A stretch of DNA of 64,000 nt from Mytilus edulis (GCF_963676685.1 NC_092344.1:109678001-109742000); one strand, 5' to 3'. Positions 28,504 to 42,094 are shown, counted from the first letter of the stretch. A program made the numbers and translations. The notes: generated by a model not told the origin, from the letters alone.

Positions 28504-29188
28504 ACAGATACAGTTAAGTCGCCTTCATATCTTGACTTACATCTAGAAATTGACAATGAGGGTCGGTTGAAAACAAAACTTTACGACAAAAGAGATGATT
28601 TCAGCTTTCCAATTGTGAACTTTCCATTTCTAAGTAGCAACATTCCAGCAGCACCTGCATACGGGGTATATATCTCCCAATTGATACGATATTCCCGTGC
28701 TTGCATTTCCTATCATGATTTTCTTGATAGAGGTTTGTTGCTCACAAGGAAGCTATTAAACCAAGAGTTCCAAATGGTGAAGTTGAAATCATCCCTTCGT
28801 AAATTTTACGGACGCCATCACGAGTTGGTTGACCGTTATGGAATAACCGTTTCACAAATGATATCGGATATGTTCCTTACGTCGTAACTACAATCCCCTT
28901 CCCTTTCATGAATATGACCTACCGAATTAGACTATTTACCGGATTTGTAATCACTTAAGCAACACGACGGGTGTCACATGTGGAGCAGGATCTGCTTACC
29001 CTTCCGGAGCACCTGAGATCACCCCTAGTTTTTGGTGGGGTTCGTGTTGTTTATTCTTTAGTTTTCTATGTTGTGTCGTGTGTACTATTGTTTTTCTGTT
29101 TGTCTTTTTTATTTTTAGCCATGGCGTTGTCAGTTTGTTTTAGATTTATGAGTTTGACTGTCCCTTTGGTATCTTTCGTCCCTCTTTT
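28504..29188 (+). mobile_element. Penelope-like retroelement 3' portion (RT C-terminus plus non-coding tail), young copy
   Basis: ORF 28567-28887 KTKLYDKRDDFSFPIVNFPFLSSNIPAAPAYGVYISQLIRYSRAC; nearly identical to 43631-44145. Confidence 0.85.
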
Positions 29189-31696
29189 AAAGTTCTCATC
29201 TGTCTCTTTCCTTCTGATTTGAGGTCATTTAGGTTTATGAAGGCTTTTGGGTTGTGATTTAAGGCTAAGGTGAGTAGGATTTTGTTTTACTAGTGGATTA
29301 TTGTGTGAACTCGAAAGTAGTTAGACCTATGTCATAGAATGTTTAGCAACTCTTTTTATGCTAAAAGTAGCTTTTATGTAGATAAAATAATAACTTTTTG
29401 ATAAGATTTTGTAATAGTAATTATATCTGTATGTTTACTCATGAAATACTGAAATAGAAAATATATATATATAAAAAAAAAAAAACTTGAACAAGGATGT
29501 GTTTTTTTATTTATTTATACGCTGATGATTATATTGCATTAGTCATAAGATGGTCTCCAAAAACATCATTTTTGTCTTCCTCAAAAAGGTCTCAGTATCC
29601 TAGTGTTAACTATTAATTTTATTTAAACAAAACGTCAAGAAAGTTTATGTATATGTCGTATGAAAAACACCCCATCTCCTTTGTTCAACCGGGGGTTCTA
29701 AGACAGGGGGTGTTCTGAGACAGGGGGTGTTCTGAGCCAGAACACCCTAGCTTGAGTTTCCTTGTACTGCATGCTTTGAAGTTTCCTTGATTCTGTGTTT
29801 TTGGCGGAAAGTCGAATCCAGTATAGAACTAAAAAATATGTATACGGAAAAGAATAACTACCATGTGTATGTCGAAAAAATCCAGCGTCTTTTCTGGGAT
29901 TCGAAAGCAAGACCATTAGCATCTAGACCACCATTTCAGATCCCTACCCCATGACGACTGGATACAAACTTAAGTTAATTTAACATATTGAAACATTATT
30001 TTCGGGGCTCATAAAGGGTATATACTGTAAATGAATAATAAATACTATATATGAAAACGGTAATAGATGTAGTATATTATAATGATTATTTCGCGTTTTA
30101 ACCTAGACTTTTATGAAGCATAAATGATTTTTTTATCTTATCTAAAACAGCTTGGATGTAAAATAGTTACCCTATTCAGACTTATCGGTAAGTGTAAGGT
30201 CGCCCTCTGGTCTCCTGCCATCAGGGTGATCTTACACTAACACATCCCGTCCTCATGGGTAAATGATAACAGAACTGATTACTAAGATCTACTAATGGTT
30301 GCACGAGACTGTTCAAAATTGAAACAACATTATTTATAGTTTTGATGTTATTCCGCCGGTTAAAAACGGACTGTGTCAATAGTAATAAACATGCAGAGCG
30401 TGCTTCTGCTGTTGTGACGATTATTATTTACTAAGACGACAGGTGGTACGAAGCTTGATGACGAGCAATATGTGTTTATGATGTCAAATTAAATGCATAT
30501 TCTTTCACAGATTGAAGAAATGCCACTGCTGCAAAAAAAAAAATCTCAATACCAAAAAAACAATTAATTAAATAACATAAGGTGAATGAAGACTTAACAA
30601 AATTTCAGGTGCAATTTATAGTGATGACGATTGACATTGAGAGAAAATGAAGGACAGACACATAAATATCGGTCGAAAAAAAGAACGGATGAAGTAAGCA
30701 GGACAGAGAAGCAGAACCAGGTACGAAACCAATGGACAATAAATTAGATATTTTATGATTGATATCTAATGACAAACATATTTATAAATACAAAACAAGC
30801 AAGTGCAATCTTATAATATCGCACATGCATTATCCATCTCAAGCTAAGGGTTGAGTAAAAGGTCACAAATGAATACGGATTTAAATGAAGTTGAAATTAT
30901 TGACTTGCAAGCTAATGAAATATCAGTGATGTTTTTGTACTTCATGTGGCAAAACATGATAAAAACAGACTACTTTTAGCACATTTATTTATTCTAACTT
31001 TGTTTTTATGAATAATTCAAACAAACGAAAAAAACTTTTTCAGTTTGTATTAATCATAGCTTAAAATGTCTTTTAAGGGCAATAACTCCCATAATGAAAT
31101 AGAAGTTATGTATGGTAGCCTAATAATTCTCATAAAAATAAAGCCACCATAAGATAGCCAATATCTATATTATAAAAAAATCAGTATATTATGTTCGGAG
31201 AAATATTTTTCTGTGCAGTATGTGATCAGAAAAAAATATCTTATACATGATATTGAAAATTATCTAGTGAATTCTAGATATTCTTTTTTATGAAATGAAT
31301 ATACATTAATACTTCATAAATTCTCTTTAGGAATAACTTGATATCAGAATTTTTCTCATTTTTCGTTTTCAACATGGGAGAATTTGCATAAAAATTAGTC
31401 ATACCATTTCATGACCAAATTAAGTTAACTATGAACCGCAATTCAATGTTTTTTCATTTAACCCTAATGAACCTGCTTTCAACAGTAGAGGATCATCATG
31501 TTTAGAAGTCTGGCCATCACATATCAGTTTAACATGTTCACATGAATGTGAAGCTAAATACAAATGTTCAAAATACTGAGAACGGTTCAAGACATGCATG
31601 TATGTCACATTTGGGAGATGACATCGTTTCAACAGTTCTCTTTCAATAGAAATGTGATAGTACATGCAGCACAAGATGTCATATGAACATATATTC

Positions 31697-34600
31697 TTGT
31701 TGAGTTAACTACAAATTTTAACTACTTGAAAAAAGCTAGTTTTAAAAACTTTATTCTAAAGTTGACAATTCTATTTATTAACAAATAATAAAAGCTCTAA
31801 AGAGCTTTGACTTCACTCAAAAACATAATAGAACACACTTCATAAGACAATACACAATTCTACAATATGCAAGGAGGGTATAATACAAAGTGCATACTCT
31901 TTTTTCAGTTTTCATTGCTTCTTTTTCTAATCTAATAACCATTCTGGATATATTATATGCTTAATTTTTTACCTGATCCCAAATTTATGTCATTTAGTTC
32001 AAAATGTATTATAATGTTTTTTAATGTACACAAGACATAAGTCTACCAGATATCAATATAAAATTGTATCTAATATATTTGATGAAATACATCGATTCAG
32101 CATTTACCAGTTATACTAGTTATGCTGCTACATAAGTTATGTTTATTACATCATTTTTCAAGACTGATGTCACTTCTCCTTTACTCGATTATCTTTTTTT
32201 TTATAAATATTTCAGAAAAATCCAGGGAAAATAATAGCTCTTATTGTTGCACATCCTTTACTTGTATAGAATACAATATCTTATTACTGAGGTCATTTAA
32301 TTATAAAATAATTTGTTCAAAGATTTTTGTTAATTGATTAACAAATTGTGCCATTTTTTTCAGTAACATGCAAACGTTAGATATTATGTATTTCTATATA
32401 TACTTTACTTAATTTGCATACAATTAAAACTTTAGGAACTCTCCTTTGCATTTGACTTTTTTAACACAGTGACAGAGCACAACAATATAAAGCCTTAAAA
32501 AAATGTATAATTTGTAAAAATTATAAAAAATATAATGTAAGCAATGTTCATTTTTCTCACAGCAAAGAAAATAAGAAATATCATGCTCAAACCATATTTT
32601 TTTTTACTTGGGATTACACTAAAAAACATTTCCAAAAGCAACAATCTTTAATATAAAAACTATTTTCTAAACTTTAAAAACAATACATGTACAAAAAAAA
32701 AAAAAAAAACAATACATGACTGATCAAAAAGTTCACTTTTACTTGTGGAACTCTGGACTCCCAATTAACTTTTTGAATTTTTATGAAAATGATTATCACA
32801 TCATCGTCATTCTTTATTTTTATGAAAACAGATTATCATTTCAAAATTTGTTCATCCATTAAAACATCACAATAAATTAATTTACAATAAATCCCTTAAA
32901 ATGGTAAAATTTTGTTCAACCATGATTGAAGATTGGTAAAGAATACACTTTCTACATGAGGTGGCTCTCATTTTGAAAGGAGGCAACAGAGTCCTTAATT
33001 TGACCAAAATATATCACTTTGTAATAGCCTATCTAAATGCAATATCTATGATCTTTAATGTTGCAATTCAAATAGATTTGATTTTTTTAGTAAACTATTT
33101 CTTTTTGACAATCTCTGCAACTTCTTACATTTGTAACTATAAAACATCACCAGTTTTTAGCTGTTTTCCAATTAAACAGTGATCTGTACTTTAGGTCTAT
33201 TTTCAGTTGAAAACTTTAGCAACACCCTTTAATAAAAATAAATTTGATTTATAAAGAATTTAATACTATAATGCAATGTATGTGTGATTAAAAAGTACAT
33301 TCACACTAGTTAATCATGTATATACAAATATTTTGTACTTAACAAATTTTTATATGAATCGAAGCTAATCGGGTGCTCCATTTTTACATAGTATATTTAA
33401 TAATTTTTATAAACTAAAAGGGACAACATCTCTCTGAGATTATTATTAGCAAATCAAAATTAAATATATAAGTACCTGGCCACGTCTACTTGTATATTTG
33501 TCCATCTGATGAGTTAAGCCTTTTTCAACTGATTTTTATAGTTCGTTCTTATGTTGTACTGTTATACCACTGCCCCAGGTTAGGGGGAGGGTTGGGATCC
33601 CGCTAACATGTTTAACCCCGCCACATTATTTATGTACGTGCCTGTCCCAAGTCAGGAGCCTGTAATTCAGTGGTTGTCGTTTGTTTACTAGTATGTGTTA
33701 CATATTTGTTTTTCGTTCATTTTTTTACATAAATAAGGCTGTTAGTTTTCTCGTTTGAATTGTTTTACATTGTCTTATCGGGGCCTATTATAGCTGACTA
33801 TGCGGTATGGGCTTTGCTCATTGTTGAAGGCCGTACGGTGACCTATAGTTGTTAATGTCTGTGTCATTTTGGTCTTTTGTGGATAGTTGTCTCATTGGCA
33901 ATCATACCACATCATCTTTTTTATATATTGTTGAGTTAACTACGAATTTTAACTGCTTGCAAAAGGCTAGTTTTAAAAACTTTATTCTAAAGTTGACAAT
34001 TTTATTTATTAACAAATAATAAAAGCTCTAAAGAGCTTTGACTTCACTCAAAAACATAATAGAACACACTTCATAAGACAATACACAATTCTACAATATG
34101 CAAGGAGGGTATAATACAAAGTGCATACTCTTTTTCAGTTTTCATTGCTTCTTTTTCTAATCTAATAACCATTCTGGATATATTATATGCTTAATATTTT
34201 ACCTGATCCCAAATTTATATTATTTAGTTCAAAATGTATTATAATGTTATTTAAAGTACACAAGACATAAGTCTACCAGATATCAATATAAAATTGTATC
34301 TAATATATTTGATGAAATACATAGATTCAGCATTTACCAGTTATATAAGTTATGCTGCTACATAAGTTATGTTTATTACATCATCTTTCAAGACTGATTT
34401 CACTTCTCCTTTACTCAAATATCGATTTTTTAAAAATATTTTAGAAAAATCCAGGGAAAATAATAGCTCTTATTGTTGCACATCCTTTACTTGTATAGAA
34501 TACAATATCTTATTACTGAGGTCATTTAATTATAAAATAATTTGTTCAAAGATTTTTGTTAATTGCTTAACAAATTGCGCCATTTTTTTCAGTAACATGC

Positions 34601-35683
34601 AAACGTTATATATTATGAATTTCTATATATACTTTACTTAATTTGCATACAATTAAAACTTTAGAAACTCTCCTTTGCATTTGACTTTTTTAACACAGAG
34701 CACAACAATATAAAGCCTTAAAAAAATGTATAATTTGCAAAAATTATAAAGAATATAATGTAAGCATTTTTCTCACAGCAAAGAAAATAAGAAATATCAT
34801 GTTCAAACCATATTTTTTAACTTGGGACTACACTAAAAAACATTTCCAAAAGCAACAATCTTTAATATAAAAACTATTTTCTAAACTTTAAAAACAATAC
34901 ATGTACAAAAAAACAAAAAAAAACAATACATGACTGATCAAAAAGTTCACTTTTACTTGTGGAACTCTGGACTCCTAATTAACTTTTTGAATTTTTATGA
35001 AAATGATTATCACATTATCGTCATTCTTTATTTTTATGAAAACAGATTATCATTTCAAAATTTGTTCATCCATTAAAACATCACAATAAATTAATTTACA
35101 ATAAATCCCTAAAATGGTAAAATTTTGTTCAACCATGATTGAAGATTGGTAAAGAATACACTTTCTACATGAGGTGGCTCTCATTTTGAAAGGAGGTAAC
35201 AGAGTCCTTAATTTGTCCAAAATATATCACTTTATAATAGCCTATCTAAATGCAATATCTATGATCTTAAATGTTGCAATTTAAATAGATTTGATATTTT
35301 TTAGTAAACTATTTCAATTTGACAATCTCTGCAACTTCTTAACTATAAAACATCACCAGTTTTAGCTATTTTCCAATTAAACAGTAATCTGTACTGTAGG
35401 TCTATTTTCAGTTGAAAACTTTAGCAACACCCTTTAATAAAAATAAATTTGATTTATAAAGAATTTAATACTATAATGCAATGTATGTGTGATAAAAAGT
35501 ACATTCACACTAGTTAATCATGCCTGCTCACCCTAAAAAAAAAATTTTGTACTTAACAAATTTTTATATGAATCGAAGCATATTCGGATGCTCCATTTTT
35601 ACATAGTATATTTAATAATTTTTATAAACTAAAAGGGACAACATTTCTCTGAGATTATTATTAGCCAATCAAAATCAAATATA
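31697..35683. repeat. ~1.77-kb direct duplication (31697-33466 and 33928-35683) separated by one SINE
   Basis: Collinear, highly similar sequence at ~2231-bp offset. Confidence 0.92.
33471..33926 (+). mobile_element. SINE with Nin-type conserved central domain
   Basis: tttaaccccgccacatt...tgcctgtcccaagtcaggagcctgtaattcagtggttgtcg core; several other copies in the window. Confidence 0.7.
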
Positions 35684-36159
35684 AAGAATAAAAGTAATTT
35701 TGGCACCATTAATATCATAATTACTGAAGATGTATTTGCAGCAATAGTTTCAAACTTTCAACTCAATATTATTAACATATAATAACAACAAAAACATTTA
35801 AAAAATATTAGTGTGCTTTCCACTACACACATATACATTATATATACAATGTAAAATGACTGGAATAATCATACAAAAATAACAGCTTAGCACCTTGACA
35901 AACTTCAATGATTAAGTTATGATTAACAATTGTAGTTTTTAAAATGTAATAAAATATGTCAACTAATAATACAGATATCGATACAACTCTTACATTATCT
36001 CCCTTGACTACAGTGAATACATAAGTGTCTTATAGATAATAAACAAAAAATACAGTAATTTTAAAATAATTCTGACAGCTGCAGCTCATGGAAGATTTTC
36101 AAAGCCACATGAAAACCTCATATCTTATTGAATTTGGCATACAATAATTGCAACCTATA

Positions 36160-36570
36160 GATATAAGAAGATGTGGTATGTGTACCAATGCAATGAGACA
36201 ACTCTCCATCCAAGTCACAATTTATAAAAAGTAAACCATTATAGGTCAAAGTAAGGCCTTCAACATGGAGTTTTGGCTCACAATAAACAGCAAGCTATAA
36301 AGGGCCCCAAAATAACTAGTGTAAAACAATTCAAACAGGAAAATCAACAGTCTAATCTATATAAAAAAACTAGTAAACGAGAAACACTAATGAACCATAT
36401 CAACAAATGACAACCACTGAACAGCAAGTTACTGACTTACGACAGGTGCAAACAAATGCAGCTGGTTTATACGTTTTAACCGGCTGCAACATTCGCTCTA
36501 ACCTGAAACAGTAGTATAACATTACAGCATAGAAAGAAACAAAATATCAATTGAAATGGCTAAACTAAAG
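36160..36570 (-). mobile_element. SINE copy (family of 33471-33926)
   Basis: Reverse complement of the same 3' tail and core. Confidence 0.7.
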
Positions 36571-37882
36571 AATTTTGATCATTTTTTTTTAATCTCTCAC
36601 TCTTGTTCTTCAAGAGTGATTCCATTATATGACATTTCTGTTTACATGTTCTCATAAGTTCCAATTAACTATAAAAAGATATATGTTTTGTGTTTAACAT
36701 TTGAACAACAAACCCATAACAAAAAATACTCCATTAGTCTAGATTTCTATTGTATTTTGGGTCCTTGGTTTATTGTCTCATTGACATAGACTACAATACC
36801 TGTTCAAACATTCATGAAATCTTATCAAATGTAACATAAAAACAAAAACAGATTTTAAAAAAGGTTACCCGTATCCTAAATAAAATAATAACTATAAAAT
36901 AGTGAACTCAAACAAAAACTATTTGGCGAAAGTAAAATACATTAGATATAAAATGAATAGGTTGAAATAAAAAAAAATATTGAAAGTTGGACCCAATTTA
37001 TTAGCCTATCTTAACATCAACCTAGTAAAATTTCCATGATTGAATGATTAACTGAAAACATAACCCAGCACCAATTCAAGTATGACACAGGAGATGACCC
37101 TCTTTTTTGCATGCAACACTATACATTATTATTCATTCAGTACACATTTTATTATTTAATGATAATCAATAATTGTCCAGGAACTCATTAATCAGTTTAT
37201 ATAACTGATTTTGCTTTTAAAATCATATGGAACTACAAATTTTAAACCAAAAAAATAAAAAAAAATATTATGTTTTATATACTTGAACATGTTGAATGGG
37301 AAAGTTTTACTATAAAACAATTTGGTCACCCAACATTTCAAGTGCAAAGGAAAAACAGTGATGAAAGAAATAAACAAACCTGCACTGGAAGTTAAACAGT
37401 GGTAATTGATTCTTAAATTTAAAACAAAAATTCATTTAACAACTATTGAGGAAAAGATTAATAAAAAAAGTAGTAACACATGGAAAATATATTAAAAAAA
37501 CCCATCATGGCTCTATAAATTAATTTATTTGTCACAAACTCTACCTGCTCTGTGTTGATTGTTTATCAATGACATGCTCTGTAACTCTAAAGTTAACTAG
37601 CATACGATCACTTTAACGTACATACAAGACTTAGTTCAATATTTCTCTAATTTTATGGAAATATATCCCTTTCCGAACCCATTGTATAAAAAAAATTAAT
37701 CAACATGTGGTTGCCGGTGATCTCAGAAGATGATTGGCTGAGTCAAAGGGTCATAACCTTTCTCAGCTCCCTGAAATGATCAAAATGTTAATGAAATTGA
37801 CAACTTCGTGGAAAATGGAATGCACTCGAAGGGGATTTTGGTTTAGAAAAAAAGAAAATTTTCTTTTAATCATTAGAGAAAC

Positions 37883-38042
37883 AGATTATTACATAGTAAC
37901 GCTTGGGTTATCGGATTTATCCAATCTCGATAGTTAAATTATAAATTTTAAAGTCCTCGCCGAGGCTCAGACTTTAAAATTAATCATTTAACTATCTCGA
38001 TTGGATAAATCCGATAATCAACTTGTATCAATGTAATAATCT
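37883..38042. mobile_element. Fold-back palindromic MITE-like element (~160 bp)
   Basis: Long near-perfect inverted repeat, e.g. ttatcggatttatccaatc...gattggataaatccgataa, around a ~14-nt centre. Confidence 0.75.
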
Positions 38043-38347
38043 ATATATATATACACTCATTTGTTCAATAATGTCATTAACTAAAATTACATGAAACACA
38101 TATGACTTAGAGCAAGTAAAATATAAACCTGACAATGTAAACACTCACAAATACATGAAGTATGACTATCACACTCTTTTAAGAGCAGGGGCATACAAAT
38201 TACCCTTTTATGACCTATTGAGATTGCCCGGGAGATGATACTGTTATAATATCTACTAGTGCTACCATTATCACCATACATTTTTATATTCCTACATGAA
38301 CATCATATATAAAAACACTAATGATTTCTAAAATATAACTGCCTTCA

Positions 38348-39036
38348 TTAAACTTCGAATGTGTGTCCATTATTAACACCAGTGTCAGCTTTAGACTCCT
38401 CATTTGAATTTATTTCATGACAAACTGATTGGTAACAGTTATAATTCTGTACAGGATTTATACAACATACAATGTCCGTACTTCTAGGGTGGCAGCATTT
38501 ATAATATAACAATTGTACAACTATATGAATGACAATACCTCCGGGTATTATTCCCAATGCAGCAAAATAATACCAGGCACTCTTTTGGGTTGTAATATAT
38601 TGCCATGCTACTAACATGACCAAGTTTTCAGCATAAATTACAAAGTAATACAACATAGCTCTGTAACGTGTATGGCCACTTTGTACATTCTGAAAACAGA
38701 ATATAAGAACGTATCCTATAACTACGTCAAAAACAATTTTATCAATAGTCTTTTTATAAAACTCGGGTTTTTGCAATGCTACCCATATAGACATGGCTGC
38801 CCAATGAACAGCAACTGCTATTAACATGTAATACTGAAACTGTGATGCAAACAAAGCTAAAACAACAACTCTGGGGCCTACTTCACATGCTCTCCATATG
38901 TAGTAGAAAATTGTTCCAAATAGTGATAGTCCTATTTCTTCTTCATTATGTGATGCCCTTAGGGCCTTGTGGTATGACACCAATGACCATGAGACACCAA
39001 TCCAAGATCCAACCATAGAAACAGGACGAATTATAC
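38348..39036 (-). CDS. XK-related protein paralogue 4, exon 3
   Basis: WIGVSWSLVSYHKALR...WRACEVGPR...FCFQNVQSGHTRYR...YYKCCHP; tttacag acceptor. Confidence 0.9.
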
Positions 39037-39906
39037 CTGTAAAATAAAGTGATATATTTGTTTTTTTGTTATTATTATAAACTATTGTGTGCTTTATTAT
39101 TGACATTGGTGATGAATGGAGATTGAATGAATATGTTTTGGATTTTCAGGATTTCACAAAAAAATTTATTAGAATATCAAATGCAATTCACTCAATACTA
39201 ACCTCGCATTCATTACTTTAATACAAACATTGCAAACAATTCAGAAATGACAGCTTCAAATTTAGACAAGAAAATCTAAAAAAAACTTTAGGAAAATAGC
39301 CTAGTATCTGACTTGAATGTTAAGTTTTTTAAAACCAGCCTTCTATGTTTTGAAAGCCTTAATGTGTTTAATAAAGAACATTTGTCAACATTCTCCAAAA
39401 TATCTACTTTTGGTCTAAAAGAAAAAGAATGTCCACATTGAAAGCAAAACAAGGCCTTAGGGTAAAGTAAACCATTCGTTTGACTGATTCAATACACAAA
39501 TCATTCTTTTACAGGTTAAAAGGATGATTAATACATTTTTAAACAATAATAGGAATTCAAACAAAGAAAAGTTCAATTGCACTTGTTCGTTATCTATTTA
39601 AATGTGACTATATTGGTTTATATGACCATCAGCAGTCTTCGGAGGTCACCTCGACAGTTAATTAGAGAGTGTCAGAGAGACTTAAATACACATGAAATGC
39701 TGATACATATTATCCAGTTCATGTAATGTATATGGTTTATTTTAGACGTTTTAAAACTTGAATACACACTTGATTAAATTATTTATCAAATACATGTATG
39801 GGATTATGAGTCAAATCAGTGAACAAAAATTTGACAACTATTGAACTAATGCCCCTTAAGGTTAGATAAATGATGAATCACAAATATTTTTATAATTTAT
39901 ACTTAC

Positions 39907-40115
39907 TCATAAGTAATCCATCATCTGGAGTTTCTGTTAGTATGATATACATCTGTAGAACTAATTGTGGCGCTGATTCTAGGAATGCCTCTAACATTCT
40001 CATCATTCCAGCATCAGTGTCCTCATGTAACATCTGTTTATAATGATTTTTCCTATCTTCATCTGACAGGGTAGCAGATCTACTCTTACAACCATGGTAT
40101 AAGTACTCTATATGT
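39907..40115 (-). CDS. XK-related protein paralogue 4, exon 2 (209 bp; absent from ORF track)
   Basis: Read manually: RHIEYLYHGCKSRS...HEDTDAGMMRMLEAFLESAPQLVLQMYIILTE; AG/GT boundaries. Confidence 0.9.
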
Positions 40116-40224
40116 CTGTAAAAAATATTCTTATTTAGAAACTATTGAAATACTCATTTATTTTGATATATATATATATAAGTATACCTCCTAGACACAC
40201 AAAATATCAATTATATTGAGACTT

Positions 40225-41302
40225 TTTGAGAGTGCACACGCTGAAATGTCTCGCTTTCTTTACTAATCATTGATATTATGTTGATAGTCATAAACATAAA
40301 GCTTTATTACAACTGTCACATAAACTTATCATTAAACAAGAAAACTAAAAATTCGCCAATGAACCAAGAAAATGAGGTCAAGGTCAGATGAACCATGCCA
40401 GGAAGGCATGCACAGCTAACAATCTTTCCATACAACAAATATAGTTGACCTATTCTATTGCTTATAGTTTAAGAAAAACAGACCAAAAACACAAAAACTA
40501 AACGCTTAGCAATGAACCGTGAAAATGAGGTCAAGGTCAAATAAAAACTGCACGACTGACATATAGATTATAAAATATTTCCATAAACCAAATATAGTTG
40601 ACCTATTGCATATAGTATTAGAAAAAAAGACCAAAACTCAAAAACTTAACTTTGACCACTGAAACATGAAAATGAGGTCAAAGTAAGATGACACCAGCCA
40701 GCTAGACATGTGCACCTTACAATCATTCCATACACCAAATATAGTAGACTTATTGCATAAAGTATAAGAAAAACAGACCAAAACACAAAAACTTAACTAT
40801 AACCACTGAACCATGAAAATGAGGTCAAGGTCAGATGACACCTGCCAGTTTGACATGCACACCTTACAGTCCTTCCATACACTGAATATACTATATCTAT
40901 TGCTTATAGTGTCCGAGATATGGACTTAACCACCAAAACTTAACCTTGTTAACTGATCCATGAAATGAGGTCGAGGACAAGTGAAAACAGTCTGCCGGGC
41001 ACAAGGACCTTGCAAGGTACATGTATGCACATACCAAATATAGTTATCCTACTATTCATAATAAAAGAGAATTTAACATTACAAAAAATCTTAATTTTTT
41101 TTTCAAGTAGTCACTGAACCATGAAAATGAGGTCAAGGACATTGGACATGTGACTGAGGGAAACTTCGTAAGATGAGGCATCCATATACAAAGTATGAAG
41201 CATCCAGGTCTTCCATCTTCTAAAATATAAAGCTTTTAAGAAGTAAGCCGCCGTCATTGGATCACTTTCCCTATATGTCGAGCTTTCGGCTCGACAAAAA
41301 AA
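40225..41302. mobile_element. Helentron-derived HINE with ~6 diverged ~148-bp internal repeats, in Xkr-4 intron 1
   Basis: aatgaggtcaagg recurs about every 147-160 bp; terminal hairpin tgtcgagc-tttcg-gctcgaca then A-tract. Confidence 0.75.
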
Positions 41303-41540
41303 CACAACTTTTTTGTTATCTGAGACATTGTACAGAAATAGTTTTATCTTATATTACATGTACCACCTTAAAATTCATTTTAAGATCTTTAAACAAGACA
41401 TAGAATCACACAAGTTTATTATTTACATACATTGAAGTTATAAATTAGGATGACTGCAGAATGTCATCCTCTATGACTGGGACAAAATATTTCTGTGTTA
41501 GTCCAAGAACACAGAATGATAAAAATTCAAAATACTTTAC

Positions 41541-42094
41541 CTGACAACTGGTCCAATCATTAATGGAAAAGTGAAAATAGCTCGAAAGAACCATACTATA
41601 CAACTTGTATATCCCCTTCCTTTTTCTCTGTTATAATCTAGGTGATACCATCTAAGACTTTTTAGGTTTATAACCAGCATAGGGAAAACAATAAATGCTG
41701 TTGTAAATCCAAATTCTGTCCATCTCTTTAAACTGTAATAATTATGAGCTAGGAAAACGTCTGTCACAACATCGTAGAAGAAAAATAAAATGGAACCAAT
41801 TGTGGCAATAAGATCAAAGAATCGGAAAGGATGAGGAAATTTTGATTTGTCATACGATTCTGTATTTTTCCAGCATCTATCTCCACAGCAACATTTCAAT
41901 AGTTTACTGGTTAATGATAGTGAAAAATCATCATTTCCATCTTTTATGACATCAAAAGTATTTGGTTTTGGACATGGTGGTTTTGCCCTTTCTGGTACCG
42001 AAATAGTTATATCATTGGCATCCAGTTCATCCTGCTCATCTTCCTCCTCATACTCTATTCGTCTGGTATACGGAATCTTCCTGTTACGAGACAT
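41541..42094 (-). CDS. XK-related protein paralogue 4, exon 1
   Basis: First ATG at 42094 (MSRNRKIPYTRR...); FYDVVTDVFLAHNYY...IGPVVR; gtaaa donor. Confidence 0.87.

Noticed and set aside
29690-29745. Short 18-bp GC-rich tandem repeat
   Set aside because: Only about three copies, probably transposon subterminal repeats; no partner end identified.
33500-33540. CTGATGAG in the SINE as a hammerhead
   Set aside because: Not followed by a GAAA box and cleavage triplet in the correct geometry.
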